DNA from: a virus
Direction: 5' to 3' (one strand)
Virus record (IMG/VR): IMGVR_UViG_3300023245_000013
Length of the DNA: 64,000 nt
Shown: piece by piece, positions 18,325-27,776 of the stretch
How positions within the stretch are numbered: the first letter of the stretch is position 1
How the letters are laid out: the number at the start of each line of letters is the position of its first letter
The notes under the pieces: model-generated
Databases searched by the model: none
Told to the model about the DNA's origin: nothing
What the model saw: the letters and a program-made list of their open reading frames with translations, nothing else
Position numbers and translations under genes: made by a program

Positions 18325-18376
18325 GGCGTGAGAATCTGAAAGAAGATTCGCGTGAGATTCGTTTCTCCCCACGCCA
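18325..18376 (+). ncRNA. anticodon-less mini-tRNA, type A3
   Basis: GGCGTG/CACGCC, hairpin GAATCT/AGATTC, GTGAG-ATTCGTTT-CTCCC; clear paralogue of A2. Confidence 0.65.
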
Positions 18377-18433
18377 CAACATGGGCGGATTGCACCAAGA
18401 TTTTTAAGGAAATGTTCGAACGAGTACTTAAAA

Positions 18434-18508
18434 GGATGGAAGGCGCAAAACTAGATGGCTTAGCGGCCATAAGAAAAGTTGTAGGTTCGATTCCTATTCC
18501 GTTCACCA
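18434..18508 (+). tRNA. degenerate tRNA (UAG-containing 6-nt loop)
   Basis: GGATGGA/TCCGTTC plus ACCA, good T arm, poor D arm, ATGGC-TTAGCG-GCCAT. Confidence 0.5.
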
Positions 18509-18530
18509 AACAATAAAAAAAACGAAAGCT

Positions 18531-19043
18531 ATGGTAGAGACAAACAGAATTACACCCCAAGTGGTGATTGATGCTTTATGTGAGAGATTAAACCCGAAGC
18601 CTGGAGCGAGAATACTAGAACCATCTGCAGGCACAGGAGTATTGGCGGACGGGGTTCAAGAAAAATTCCAACAGTGTAAAATTGACTGTGTAGAACTTAA
18701 TCAAGAATGCCGAGTCACACTGAAAGAAAAAGAATATGAGTTGGTTGGCTCAGACTTCTTCCGATTCGAAGCCCAGACACCATATGATTACGTCATTGCC
18801 TGTCCTAACTTTCGAGACAATGTCGATTGCAAACACATCATGCACATGTATGACCAACTTGCACCAGGCGGAACAATCTCAAGCTTAACATCTCCTTTTT
18901 GGATGGTTGGAGAGACTTAACTGCACAAAGAATTCCGTGAGTGGCTTCAAGATAAGAACTACTCCGTGACAATGGTCCCAGATTATTCATTTGTTGAGGA
19001 TTACAAAACTGTACCCTCAGCTATAATCCGAATCAAGAAATGA
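18531..19043 (+). CDS. class I SAM-dependent (DNA adenine) methyltransferase with in-frame TAA at 18918-18920
   Basis: RILEPSAGTG, DCVELN, SDFF, VIACPNF; after the TAA the frame continues LHKEFREWL...DYSF...VPSAIIRIKK to TGA overlapping the next ATG. Confidence 0.65.
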
Positions 19044-19456
19044 AAAAGTTCAGACCAATTCAGTTCAGATGGAACGAAGCTTTAGGTGAAAAAAGTTGCC
19101 CGTATGCTTACAGATGGGTGTTCAATTTCTACTTATTTTCGTTCCGAGTTCACAACTTCATAAGAAGTGAACCAATCGCGCACCAGCATGACCATGCTTG
19201 GGATTTTATCACTTTCATACTGAAAGGAGGCTATTTAGACATAAGCCCAAATGGAATCGATAAGTTAAGACAAGGAAGCATTCGCTTTAGAAAAGCAGAA
19301 CATATACATAATGTAGTGCTTCCTAAAGATGTGTCTTGCTGGACATTTGTATTAGCGTTTAAGCCACGACGAAAATGGGGTTTTTGGATTAATGGAAAAT
19401 TGAAACGTCCATTAAAGTATTTTCATAAATATGGTCACTTGCCTTGCGAGGATTAA
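19040..19456 (+). CDS. cupin-like hypothetical protein
   Basis: HQHDHAWDFITFILKGGY...FRKAEHIHNV. Confidence 0.55.
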   Translation: MKKFRPIQFRWNEALGEKSCPYAYRWVFNFYLFSFRVHNFIRSEPIAHQHDHAWDFITFILKGGYLDISPNGIDKLRQGSIRFRKAEHIHNVVLPKDVSCWTFVLAFKPRRKWGFWINGKLKRPLKYFHKYGHLPCED

Positions 19457-20202
19457 AAACAAAAAAAATAATGGATTGGTTTAAAAAAGTAATGGATTAT
19501 AATGACAAGTTTGAGTGTGTGGATATTAATTTTGGCACCGAGTTGGGTGGTGAAATTAGTTTTGAAGTCCAATACTGGAATGGAGACAGAATGTCTTACA
19601 ACTTTGTACTGATGTACTACATGAGCCCAATGGCATCAAACTTCTTTGATATAATAGATGAGTTTTGTGAAAAAACAGATTTAATCTTCTCTGAGTATGG
19701 AGATGTGTTTAAAAAAATAGACCAATTAAATGCTAAAGAAGAATCAGCGCAAGAAATGGCAAGCAAAATATCAAAACAGACTTACATTGTAAAAGACACA
19801 GAGTTTAATCCAGAAAGAAATCCTTCGTGGATGAAATCCTTGTACAGTATCGGAGAATCTTTGTCCGTGGAAATATTCGAGTTAGAAAGTCCAGAGAAAT
19901 CAAAGTATGGTATACATATGTCAACAAACTGCAATGACGCCATTCCATGCTGCTCTTATTTTCCAACCATTGTATTGACGCATATTGATGAATCAAAAAC
20001 CATTGATGAAGAAATAGAGAGAACACTAGAATATGCGATATGGTACTTTAAAGAGAATCCAGGCATAATAGACTACATCTATGATAGAAAAAACAAAGAT
20101 AAAATCAACATAAAGTTAGCCAAACTAGAAAATTCTGTCCCAGGTAAGGTGAAAGAATTCATGACATTAAAAGAATGGTTGATAACTTCAAAACCTAGTT
20201 AG
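19444..20202 (+). CDS. hypothetical protein
   Basis: 252-aa ORF. Confidence 0.6.
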   Translation: MRGLKTKKIMDWFKKVMDYNDKFECVDINFGTELGGEISFEVQYWNGDRMSYNFVLMYYMSPMASNFFDIIDEFCEKTDLIFSEYGDVFKKIDQLNAKEESAQEMASKISKQTYIVKDTEFNPERNPSWMKSLYSIGESLSVEIFELESPEKSKYGIHMSTNCNDAIPCCSYFPTIVLTHIDESKTIDEEIERTLEYAIWYFKENPGIIDYIYDRKNKDKINIKLAKLENSVPGKVKEFMTLKEWLITSKPS

Positions 20203-20221
20203 TAACCACTATTTTAATGCT

Positions 20222-20425
20222 ATGGCTACTGTAGATAACACGAGATATTATATAGAATGGACTTCAAACTATACAGCTAAGCATCGCCCCAGGGTGGCTT
20301 GGACCAAATACTCTGGTCCATATTCCTCGTTACGAAGAGTTATGCAGGCTAAGAAAGATATTCTATCTTCACCGTATTGTGGAGACTGGCTGTATCGGAT
20401 AGCACATTACCACAAGGGGCGTTAG
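20222..20425 (+). CDS. hypothetical protein
   Basis: 67-aa ORF; stop overlaps the tRNA 5' end. Confidence 0.45.
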   Translation: MATVDNTRYYIEWTSNYTAKHRPRVAWTKYSGPYSSLRRVMQAKKDILSSPYCGDWLYRIAHYHKGR

Positions 20426-20487
20426 TTCAGAGGTAGAACATCAGGCTTTAACCCTGTACGTCAGGGGTTCGAACCCCCTACGCCCCT
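20416..20487 (+). tRNA. ochre suppressor tRNA (anticodon UUA)
   Basis: Canonical cloverleaf GGGGCGT/ACGCCCC, GTTC/GAAC D stem, TCAGG-CTTTAAC-CCTGT, AGGGG-TTCGAAC-CCCCT; anticodon TTA at 20448-20450. Confidence 0.85.
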
Positions 20488-20559
20488 CTTGAATTACAGA
20501 TAGAAAAAGGCCGCCCTTCGAACAGTTTTTATATTTGTAAAATTGATTACATTTGTAGA

Positions 20560-21249
20560 ATGCGAAACCCCACAAAGAAGTTTGAAAACGATAATATATC
20601 ATTTTATAGATACAGCTGGGGAAAACCAGTTGCTTTTCACTTAACTTACGAGTGCCACGGGTATTCTGATGATGAGAGACCCCAAATCCATATAGCATTC
20701 CTATTCTGGAGCCTGTTTTGGAGTATGCCCTGGTCACACAAGAGAAAGGATTACGGCGACTCAGAACAGTACGGCTGTTATTGGTATCAGGATGGTTGGC
20801 AGAGTCAGAGCTTTGTTATTCGTTACGGAAAGAAATCTAAATACATTAATATGCCCTGGAATCTCGACCACGTTCGCCACAGCATTAAACTGAAGGATGG
20901 AACATGGGTTCATTCAATAAAAGGCGACAAACAAGACTTTTATAAAGACGAATGGAAAGAGAAAATGTGGAGAACTAATATGCCGTATGTTGATAAGCAC
21001 ACTCCAAATGGAGAACTGAACGTGGTTAATGCCGATATATCCATCTCGGAGAGAGAATGGAGAATGAGATGGTTCAAACGAACAACTATGTTCAGCCAAG
21101 TGAGTCGTACAATTGACGTTGAATTCTCTTCAGAAGTAGGAAAGAGAAGAGGAAGCTGGAAAGGTGGAACCACTGGTTGTGGTGAAAGATTTGATAAACA
21201 CGAAACATGGAAGGACGGATTTGAGAGACTAACACAGAGAGTTTTTTAA
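20560..21249 (+). CDS. hypothetical protein
   Basis: 229-aa Trp-rich ORF. Confidence 0.6.
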   Translation: MRNPTKKFENDNISFYRYSWGKPVAFHLTYECHGYSDDERPQIHIAFLFWSLFWSMPWSHKRKDYGDSEQYGCYWYQDGWQSQSFVIRYGKKSKYINMPWNLDHVRHSIKLKDGTWVHSIKGDKQDFYKDEWKEKMWRTNMPYVDKHTPNGELNVVNADISISEREWRMRWFKRTTMFSQVSRTIDVEFSSEVGKRRGSWKGGTTGCGERFDKHETWKDGFERLTQRVF

Positions 21250-21304
21250 TGGACGATTTGACCCAAGTTCAAAGACCTGTTCTTGCAGCACTAAATTTAA
21301 AATT

Positions 21305-21550
21305 ATGAATAGAATTAAGCAATGTTTTTTATACAATGTTAGTTGCCGTTTTTCCTTACACTTTTGGGAGATAAGCAAATGGACTAGATTTAAAGATAAA
21401 AAATGTAAACAGATATACGAACAAGGATTTAGACGAGAGTGTAAGGTTTGCGATAAAAGCCAATATTTAGGAAAGCCAAAAAAGTATGACCCGACAGCTT
21501 ATGTTTGGTTAAACTCTAATGGCAACGCCCCTTGTATGGTGGCGTTGTGA
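21305..21550 (+). CDS. cassette ORF, Cys-rich hypothetical
   Basis: Start codon lies within the upstream attC half. Confidence 0.5.
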   Translation: MNRIKQCFLYNVSCRFSLHFWEISKWTRFKDKKCKQIYEQGFRRECKVCDKSQYLGKPKKYDPTAYVWLNSNGNAPCMVAL

Positions 21551-21615
21551 GGAACGAACTATGCACTATACAAAGTGCTGTGTGTAGTGCGGATTATTAA
21601 TTAAATAATATTGAA

Positions 21616-21798
21616 ATGGAAAGAAAGATAAATTGTAAATATAATAACAAAGGTGCTTGGTGTACCAATGAAAATATTAAACGCTCATTGTTTGGAATAG
21701 GCGCAAGATGTTGTAGTAAATTTTACGACAAAGAGTGTGACTTCCAAGAAATCAGAACCAAAAAATCTAAGCCACCGCCAAGACGTACAAAAGTGTAG
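21616..21798 (+). CDS. cassette ORF, Cys-rich hypothetical
   Basis: Fills cassette 2. Confidence 0.5.
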   Translation: MERKINCKYNNKGAWCTNENIKRSLFGIGARCCSKFYDKECDFQEIRTKKSKPPPRRTKV

Positions 21799-21929
21799 CA
21801 TTACACACAGCGTTAAATGTATGTTATCGGTTTTGTTTTTCACAAAACTGGAATATACATAGCGTTATGCTACGTGTTGAATTATTAAAGGATGATGTTT
21901 ATTTGAAACTATTTTTATATAAAGATACT

Positions 21930-22448
21930 ATGAGCGAAGATGTGAGAAAAATGATTGATAAAGTTAAGAACTTTAAGGAATTTGTAAATGAAAATCTTAA
22001 TAATTCCAAATATTTTCTAAGATGGACAAGCGATGCAGATGATGATACTAGACGTAATTTTAGTGGAAATATGCAAGCATGGTTTGAAACGGAGAAAGAT
22101 GCTATGGATGATTACAACGAGAGAGTTGGGGACGGTAAATATGTACCATATCCACCAAGAAAAGATGTTACAAATGGTATGTGGAATAGTGAACCCGAAT
22201 GGGGTTTATCAGGATATGGATTTGATGATGAAAAATCGTTCAATAAGGCTATTGAAGAAATTGAAGATATTTCTTGGCATCATAAAGATAGTCTACAACA
22301 AGAACTTGTAGTGTTTAAAAGTTCAAATTTTATACTTGGAGATGGATTTGATGGTGAAGATGTTTTTAAGGATGTAATTAATTATTACGATGTCGAACCT
22401 AATATGAATTATAGTGAAGTGATGAAAGAAATTAATAAACAGAGATAG
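21930..22448 (+). CDS. cassette ORF, hypothetical
   Basis: MSEDVRKMIDKVKNFKEFVNE N-terminal motif; fills cassette 3. Confidence 0.6.
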   Translation: MSEDVRKMIDKVKNFKEFVNENLNNSKYFLRWTSDADDDTRRNFSGNMQAWFETEKDAMDDYNERVGDGKYVPYPPRKDVTNGMWNSEPEWGLSGYGFDDEKSFNKAIEEIEDISWHHKDSLQQELVVFKSSNFILGDGFDGEDVFKDVINYYDVEPNMNYSEVMKEINKQR

Positions 22449-22651
22449 TCTTGAAAAATAAGGTGCGTTGGCAAAATTCTTTTTGTTTTTTATCACAAAT
22501 GTTAAATTGAAGAACTGAACTAAGGCATGGAGCATAACGTTAAATGTATGTTATCGGTTTTGTTTTTCACAAAACTGGAATATACATAGCGTTAGCACCA
22601 GTACGGTTTGTTTGTCAGAAATTTAATTTTGGAATATCTATATATAAAAGA

Positions 22652-23227
22652 ATGGAATTGAGAAAGTTTATAGTGACAACGATTAGAGAATATCTTAATG
22701 AGCAACTTATAGTAAATGATAATACTTGGTATCACGGTTCTAAAGAAAAATTCGATAAATTCAAGATAAAAAACGGAACTTTATTTGATATAAATTACAA
22801 ATCACCAATATTTTTAACATCAAATATTGAATTTGCTAAATACTATGCTGGTAATTATTCACCACATATTTACAAAATTCAAGTTTTAACTAATAATATT
22901 ATAGATTTTAGAAAGTTACCATCAACCTATGATTTATTAATGTATTATGAAAAAAGTAAAGTAAATGATAAAATTGGCGTAGAATATTATGTAATTGGTA
23001 AAAATCTTTTAGAATATATCGAGGATAAATTTCCTGATGATGACATTGATAGAAAGTATAATAATTTATTGGATGGTGATTATTCATCAATTGAGCAAAC
23101 TTGGGTATATGATTGGTTGAAACTTAATGGTTATGACGGAACATATATCATCGAAACAAAAGAATTAAATTTATTGATATTCGATGAAACTAAAATTAAA
23201 ATACTTTCAATCGAAGTACTTTCGTAG
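22652..23227 (+). CDS. cassette ORF, ADP-ribosyltransferase-like fold
   Basis: WYHGSKEKFDKF, IFLTSNIEFAKYYA, GYDG pattern of phage ART-like domains; ATG 22652. Confidence 0.5.
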   Translation: MELRKFIVTTIREYLNEQLIVNDNTWYHGSKEKFDKFKIKNGTLFDINYKSPIFLTSNIEFAKYYAGNYSPHIYKIQVLTNNIIDFRKLPSTYDLLMYYEKSKVNDKIGVEYYVIGKNLLEYIEDKFPDDDIDRKYNNLLDGDYSSIEQTWVYDWLKLNGYDGTYIIETKELNLLIFDETKIKILSIEVLS

Positions 23228-23286
23228 TATTGGTGCTAATGACTAGTATAAGAAACGTTGCGACTTGCAGCACTAAATTTAAAACT

Positions 23287-23487
23287 ATGAACCTAATTAA
23301 GCAATGTTATTTATACTTTGTTAGCAAACCGTTTGAGTACGGAGAGCTAAACGGTATAAAAGCAAGGAGAAATAAAATTACGAGAAATGTTTATATAAGG
23401 GTTTGGAAAAAAGGAGAGCAAGCCCACAAAGAAGACTTTTACCATATTTGCGGAGAAGGTAGAGAGGTGGATTTTAATGTTTGCTAA
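23287..23487 (+). CDS. cassette ORF, hypothetical
   Basis: MNLIKQCYLY start inside attC, paralleling MNRIKQCFLY at 21305. Confidence 0.45.
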   Translation: MNLIKQCYLYFVSKPFEYGELNGIKARRNKITRNVYIRVWKKGEQAHKEDFYHICGEGREVDFNVC

Positions 23488-23596
23488 TGCTTAGTATAAG
23501 TGGCGTTTTAATGCACTTTATACGTTGTTAGCATTAGCAGATGTAAAATTATCCCTTTTGAGCGTGGGATGCTCGTAAATATAAATTGAAACAAAA

Positions 23597-23803
23597 ATGA
23601 AAATCAAAGACGGGGGACAAACGGAAACACTGAAAACGAAGATTGAAACAATTCGTATCTATCATTCAACTGGTAGAAGGTCATTTGAACTATGGCTGAA
23701 TGAAGATAGTTTAAGTTACTTAACAATGGATGAATTGTTGGACTTGCGAGATGAAATAAATGTTGAACTACGAAAGGTTATTGATGGTGTGGTGGCTGGA
23801 TAA
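23597..23803 (+). CDS. cassette ORF, hypothetical
   Basis: Fills cassette 6. Confidence 0.55.
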   Translation: MKIKDGGQTETLKTKIETIRIYHSTGRRSFELWLNEDSLSYLTMDELLDLRDEINVELRKVIDGVVAG

Positions 23804-23989
23804 TTTTATTTCTGCTAACGTACATGTATAAGAAATGTTGCGTTTAGAAAGCACAGAATTAACGATTAGAAATAAAGTAAATTAATATTAACAGACCTTT
23901 GATATTGCACAATTTAGCAATGTTTTTTATACGGTGTTACCCACTTTTTAAAAAGCCGTGCGTGAGGTACGAGGGCAAATACATACAGA

Positions 23990-24508
23990 ATGGGAATAGA
24001 TAAAATTGGAAATAAAAACAACTCTTTTGAGAGTAAAAGCATTGAGTATAGTACACCTAAAACGATTGTACAACCTTTAATAAAAGAGTTTGCAATAACT
24101 ACTGATGTTTGTGCAAGTTCATTAAATCATAAATTACCAAAATACTGGACTAAAGAAGATAATTCTTTAAATAAAGATTGGATTGGTAATTGTTGGATGA
24201 ACCCTCCATTTGATAGAAATTTAAGTAAATGGGTTAAAAAAGCACATAACGAAGCGTTAATAAATGGTGGCACAAAAGTTTGCTTAATACCAGTAAGAAG
24301 TAATACAAAATGGTGGGCAGAAACTATGATTGATGCAGAAATACGTTTTATAAACGGTGAAGTAAATTTTAATGATGAACCACGAGGTTTATGGATGGGA
24401 ATGAGTATTATAATATTTGGCGAAAAAGCGAATAAAGGAACACATAACTTTATAGATTATAGAAGTATTAGAAAAAGAGAAAAAGAGTTGCTAAACATAC
24501 AGCCGTAA
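23990..24508 (+). CDS. phage Dam-like DNA N6-adenine methyltransferase
   Basis: YSTPK, TTDVCAS, WMNPPF, CLIPVRSNTKWW, IRFING. Confidence 0.8.
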   Translation: MGIDKIGNKNNSFESKSIEYSTPKTIVQPLIKEFAITTDVCASSLNHKLPKYWTKEDNSLNKDWIGNCWMNPPFDRNLSKWVKKAHNEALINGGTKVCLIPVRSNTKWWAETMIDAEIRFINGEVNFNDEPRGLWMGMSIIIFGEKANKGTHNFIDYRSIRKREKELLNIQP

Positions 24509-24711
24509 AGCTTGGCGGCTTTTTACATTGTGGGTAACGAATGGGTGTATGAGAAGGTTTGCTTAGATGAACTTTTAAATTACCACTGAACTTGATAGCA
24601 AACTTTATTATACACGTTGTTATGTGTGGGTGTGGTTAATTAAGGTAAAATGTTGATACGAAGAAATAAACAAAAATTTAAATTCTAAGTATTTATATAT
24701 AAAAGAAAACA

Positions 24712-25107
24712 ATGAAAGATTTGAGAGGATTTATTAAAACAACTATAAGAGAATTTTTGAATGAAGGTTTAGAAGATACATCTTGGACAAATAATGACAA
24801 CCAAACAGTTACGTTAGTTCAGATATTAGACCTTACAAAAAACATTAAAGTTCAAGAAATGGATACCAATAAACTAAAAAATATTGTATTAACTTGGGAC
24901 GGAAACACAGAAGAAATTGATAAAATAGAAAAATCCGACATACAATACCCAGTATTGATTTTGATGAATGATGATAAATCTATTAAATATATTCTTGATG
25001 GAAATCACAGGATTCAAAAATCAATTAGAAATAATTTACCAACAGTAAAATGTAAATTAATTAAATTTAGTAAATTACCTGATTGGGTTCAAAAAATATT
25101 GGGGTAA
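24712..25107 (+). CDS. ParB/Srx-like domain protein
   Basis: YPVLI...ILDGNHRIQK. Confidence 0.65.
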   Translation: MKDLRGFIKTTIREFLNEGLEDTSWTNNDNQTVTLVQILDLTKNIKVQEMDTNKLKNIVLTWDGNTEEIDKIEKSDIQYPVLILMNDDKSIKYILDGNHRIQKSIRNNLPTVKCKLIKFSKLPDWVQKILG

Positions 25108-25363
25108 ATTGTCTTTTAAATTTTTTAACCTAAATGTTGATTAGAACGATGAATGTAACACTTACACATAACAAGCGAATAAATTCAATACAGTGTACGG
25201 CATACACTAACAAACAACCAAGAAAATGAACAGACCAGTGAGTAAAGATATGAGAGAAATGATTGATAAAGTTAAGAACTTTAAGCAGTTTGTAAATGAG
25301 AATATTGGTGATAAAATTTTCACAAATGAAAAGTGGCGTTATACACAATACTACATTCGTGTT

Positions 25364-25681
25364 TTAATTATCTATATCTTCCCAACCTACCAACTGATTT
25401 AATTTAACCCCTATGGGTCTTAAACCGTGTGGTTCAGCATCTAATCCACTATCAAACGTATAACCTATTTTATAAACTGCATCGTGAAATTTCTTAATCA
25501 CATCATAACCTTTACGTTTATCTAATAAATTCAAATATTTATCTACAATTACCTTTAATTCTTTTGGTTGTTTTTCATAATATTCAAATAAATCATAATG
25601 TTGAATATTTTCATATTGTTCATTAAAAAACTCTATGATTGTAGTTTTAATGAAGTTCTTTAATTTTTTTTCTTGTTCCAT
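25364..25681 (-). CDS. cassette ORF, hypothetical (inverted)
   Basis: KLKNFIKTTIIEFFNEQ N-terminal motif. Confidence 0.6.
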   Translation of the reverse strand: MEQEKKLKNFIKTTIIEFFNEQYENIQHYDLFEYYEKQPKELKVIVDKYLNLLDKRKGYDVIKKFHDAVYKIGYTFDSGLDAEPHGLRPIGVKLNQLVGWEDIDN

Positions 25682-25759
25682 ATGATTTAGCGTGGGTGAG
25701 ATGTAAGCGTTTTTTATATATTTACAAATAAGTTCTTTTTCGTTGTTTGCATAAAATCA

Positions 25760-25941
25760 TAAGCGAAACAAAATATTAAGCTGTGGGTTGGGGCCAACTT
25801 CGCAGGATAAATAAAAAGGCGGTGAGGCGTTGCCAATGGGCAAGTCTACGAAACGCTGTAAATTCTGAATATGTATCTGCTCTTTGCATTTATATTTTTT
25901 TAGAAGCCCTTCCATCAGCTTGCTGTAGATGGGTAGTTCAC
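25760..25941 (+). mobile_element. IS200/IS605 (tnpB) right-end/omega-RNA-like remnant
   Basis: AATATTAAGCTGTGGGTTGG...GAAGCCC-hairpin-GGGTAGTTCAC; no tnpA or tnpB ORF. Confidence 0.5.
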
Positions 25942-26141
25942 ATATAAATATTCAGAATTAAAATTTTCACCGCACATTTTTAAAAAGTTTATTCTTTCTT
26001 CGTATCAAAATTCTACCTTAAATAACCGTACTGTGTATAACTAACAAGGTGTATAATAAAGTTTGCTATCAGCATTGTGCGTATGCACCGTTTTATTATT
26101 TGTTCCTTTCTTTTTTTTACGCTCATGCTCATATTAAAAGC

Positions 26142-27758
26142 ATGACTATCACATTGGATAAAAAGAAAAGAGAAGGCGAATTTTATACACCTCAAATATG
26201 GGTGGACGAAGCACATAGGCTGATTCAGGACAACTTGGGAAAAAACTGGAAACAAGAGTATGTGGTGTGGGACTGTGCTTCGGGCTTTATGAACCTTACC
26301 CAAGGATATGAATTTAAAGAATTGTATAGTTCAACTCTTCATAAAGCTGATATTGATAAGTGTGAAACAGTTTCAAATCAGCAAGCTTTTCAGTTTGACT
26401 TCCTTAATGATGACTCTGAAAAGCTAACGACTCAGTCGCCAGCTTTAAAACAAGCAATAAAAGATGACAAACCAATCGTCTTTTTAATAAATCCTCCATA
26501 CGCAACCGCTAACAATAAAGGAGCAACCTCAAGCCATAAATCAGGAACAGCCAAGACTTGGATTAATAATGAAATGCGAGAAAACGGTTGGGGAAAGTCA
26601 TCTCAACAGCTCTACGCTCAGTTTCTTTATCGCATCAATGCGATAAAAGAAGCATATGGTATTTCCAATGTTGTAATTGCCGTGTTTTCACCACCTCTTT
26701 TTTTAACTGGGTCAAGTTTTAAAACTTTTAGAGAAAGGATGTTTAAGAATTTTAGGGTCCAAGACGGTTTTTTGTTTCCAGCATCAGAATTCATGGAGGT
26801 AAAGTCAGACTGGGGAATAACCTTCACTTTGATGACCCCAGGATTAGATGAACGAACATCTTGGAGTTATGAAGTGATTGCAGACCCTCGCATCAAAGGA
26901 GTTCTTCCAAAACGTAAAGAATTATACAACACAGACCAAAGAGAAGCAGCATCTATCTGGGCAAGGGAAGAGACAAAAGGATTAAGGTCAAATAAAAACA
27001 TTCCTCAGTTCACAAGTGCATTAAAATGGAAAGTGGAAGGCAAAACAATGCGAGGAAGCCTTGTTGATGGAGCGATTGGATATTTTCTGAATGCATCAAA
27101 CAATATTTATGAAAACCCACAACAAGTAGCGCTATATAGCTGGGCTGCGTCAAAAGGAAACGGGTTCTCTATTATACCAGATAATCTAAAGAAGGTTTGT
27201 AGCTTGTTTGCGGCACGAAAGACTCACGTGGGACCGTATTCCACCTGGATTAACCAAAAAGACGAATACATGGCCCCAAACACCTCTGCTGAACTATGGA
27301 ATCAATACGCTGCAGACTCTTTAGTTTACTCTTTGTTCCATTCAGCGTCACATCAAAGTTCGATAGGCGGAATTGTTTTTAAAAAGCAGGAATATGATGT
27401 AAGAAACAGCTTTTTCTGGGGCGACCCATGTCTAATAGACATTGAACATAAACAAGACAGGTCAGCCACGATAATGAACAGTATGATTCAGAGCAATGTG
27501 AAACACATGTCTCAAGATGCAGTAGATGTGTTGGAGATAGCTAATAAAATGCTATATTGGAGCGGCCCAGAACGAATGGTTTATGCCAAAGCTCACCCAG
27601 AACTCCATTTGGACAGGTGGGATGCGGGTTATTCTCAACTAAAGGAGCATTGGAAAAAAGACAAGCCAGATTTATTTAAAAAACTAACGGTAGCCTATAA
27701 AATCCTTGAAGAAAAACTCAGATGGATGACTTATGAAGTTGGTTTCTTAGTTAAGTAA
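26142..27758 (+). CDS. large N6-adenine DNA methyltransferase (restriction-modification-like)
   Basis: GEFYTP, VVWDCASG, FDFLND, FLINPPY; ATG 26142. Confidence 0.75.
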   Translation: MTITLDKKKREGEFYTPQIWVDEAHRLIQDNLGKNWKQEYVVWDCASGFMNLTQGYEFKELYSSTLHKADIDKCETVSNQQAFQFDFLNDDSEKLTTQSPALKQAIKDDKPIVFLINPPYATANNKGATSSHKSGTAKTWINNEMRENGWGKSSQQLYAQFLYRINAIKEAYGISNVVIAVFSPPLFLTGSSFKTFRERMFKNFRVQDGFLFPASEFMEVKSDWGITFTLMTPGLDERTSWSYEVIADPRIKGVLPKRKELYNTDQREAASIWAREETKGLRSNKNIPQFTSALKWKVEGKTMRGSLVDGAIGYFLNASNNIYENPQQVALYSWAASKGNGFSIIPDNLKKVCSLFAARKTHVGPYSTWINQKDEYMAPNTSAELWNQYAADSLVYSLFHSASHQSSIGGIVFKKQEYDVRNSFFWGDPCLIDIEHKQDRSATIMNSMIQSNVKHMSQDAVDVLEIANKMLYWSGPERMVYAKAHPELHLDRWDAGYSQLKEHWKKDKPDLFKKLTVAYKILEEKLRWMTYEVGFLVK

Positions 27759-27776
27759 AAACATTGTATTTACAGC

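Larger units (their letters stand above)
21283..26080 (+). mobile_element. integron-like gene-cassette array (9 cassettes, attC-like sites, no integrase in window)
   Basis: Each cassette start (GTT/GCT core) is complementary to its own end: 21338/21521, 21576/21799, 21864/22531, 22591/23232, 23320/23479, 23527/23812, 23936/24531, 24619/25165, 25337/26031; sites carry GTATA..TATAC arms; visibly AT-richer than the flanks. Confidence 0.75.
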
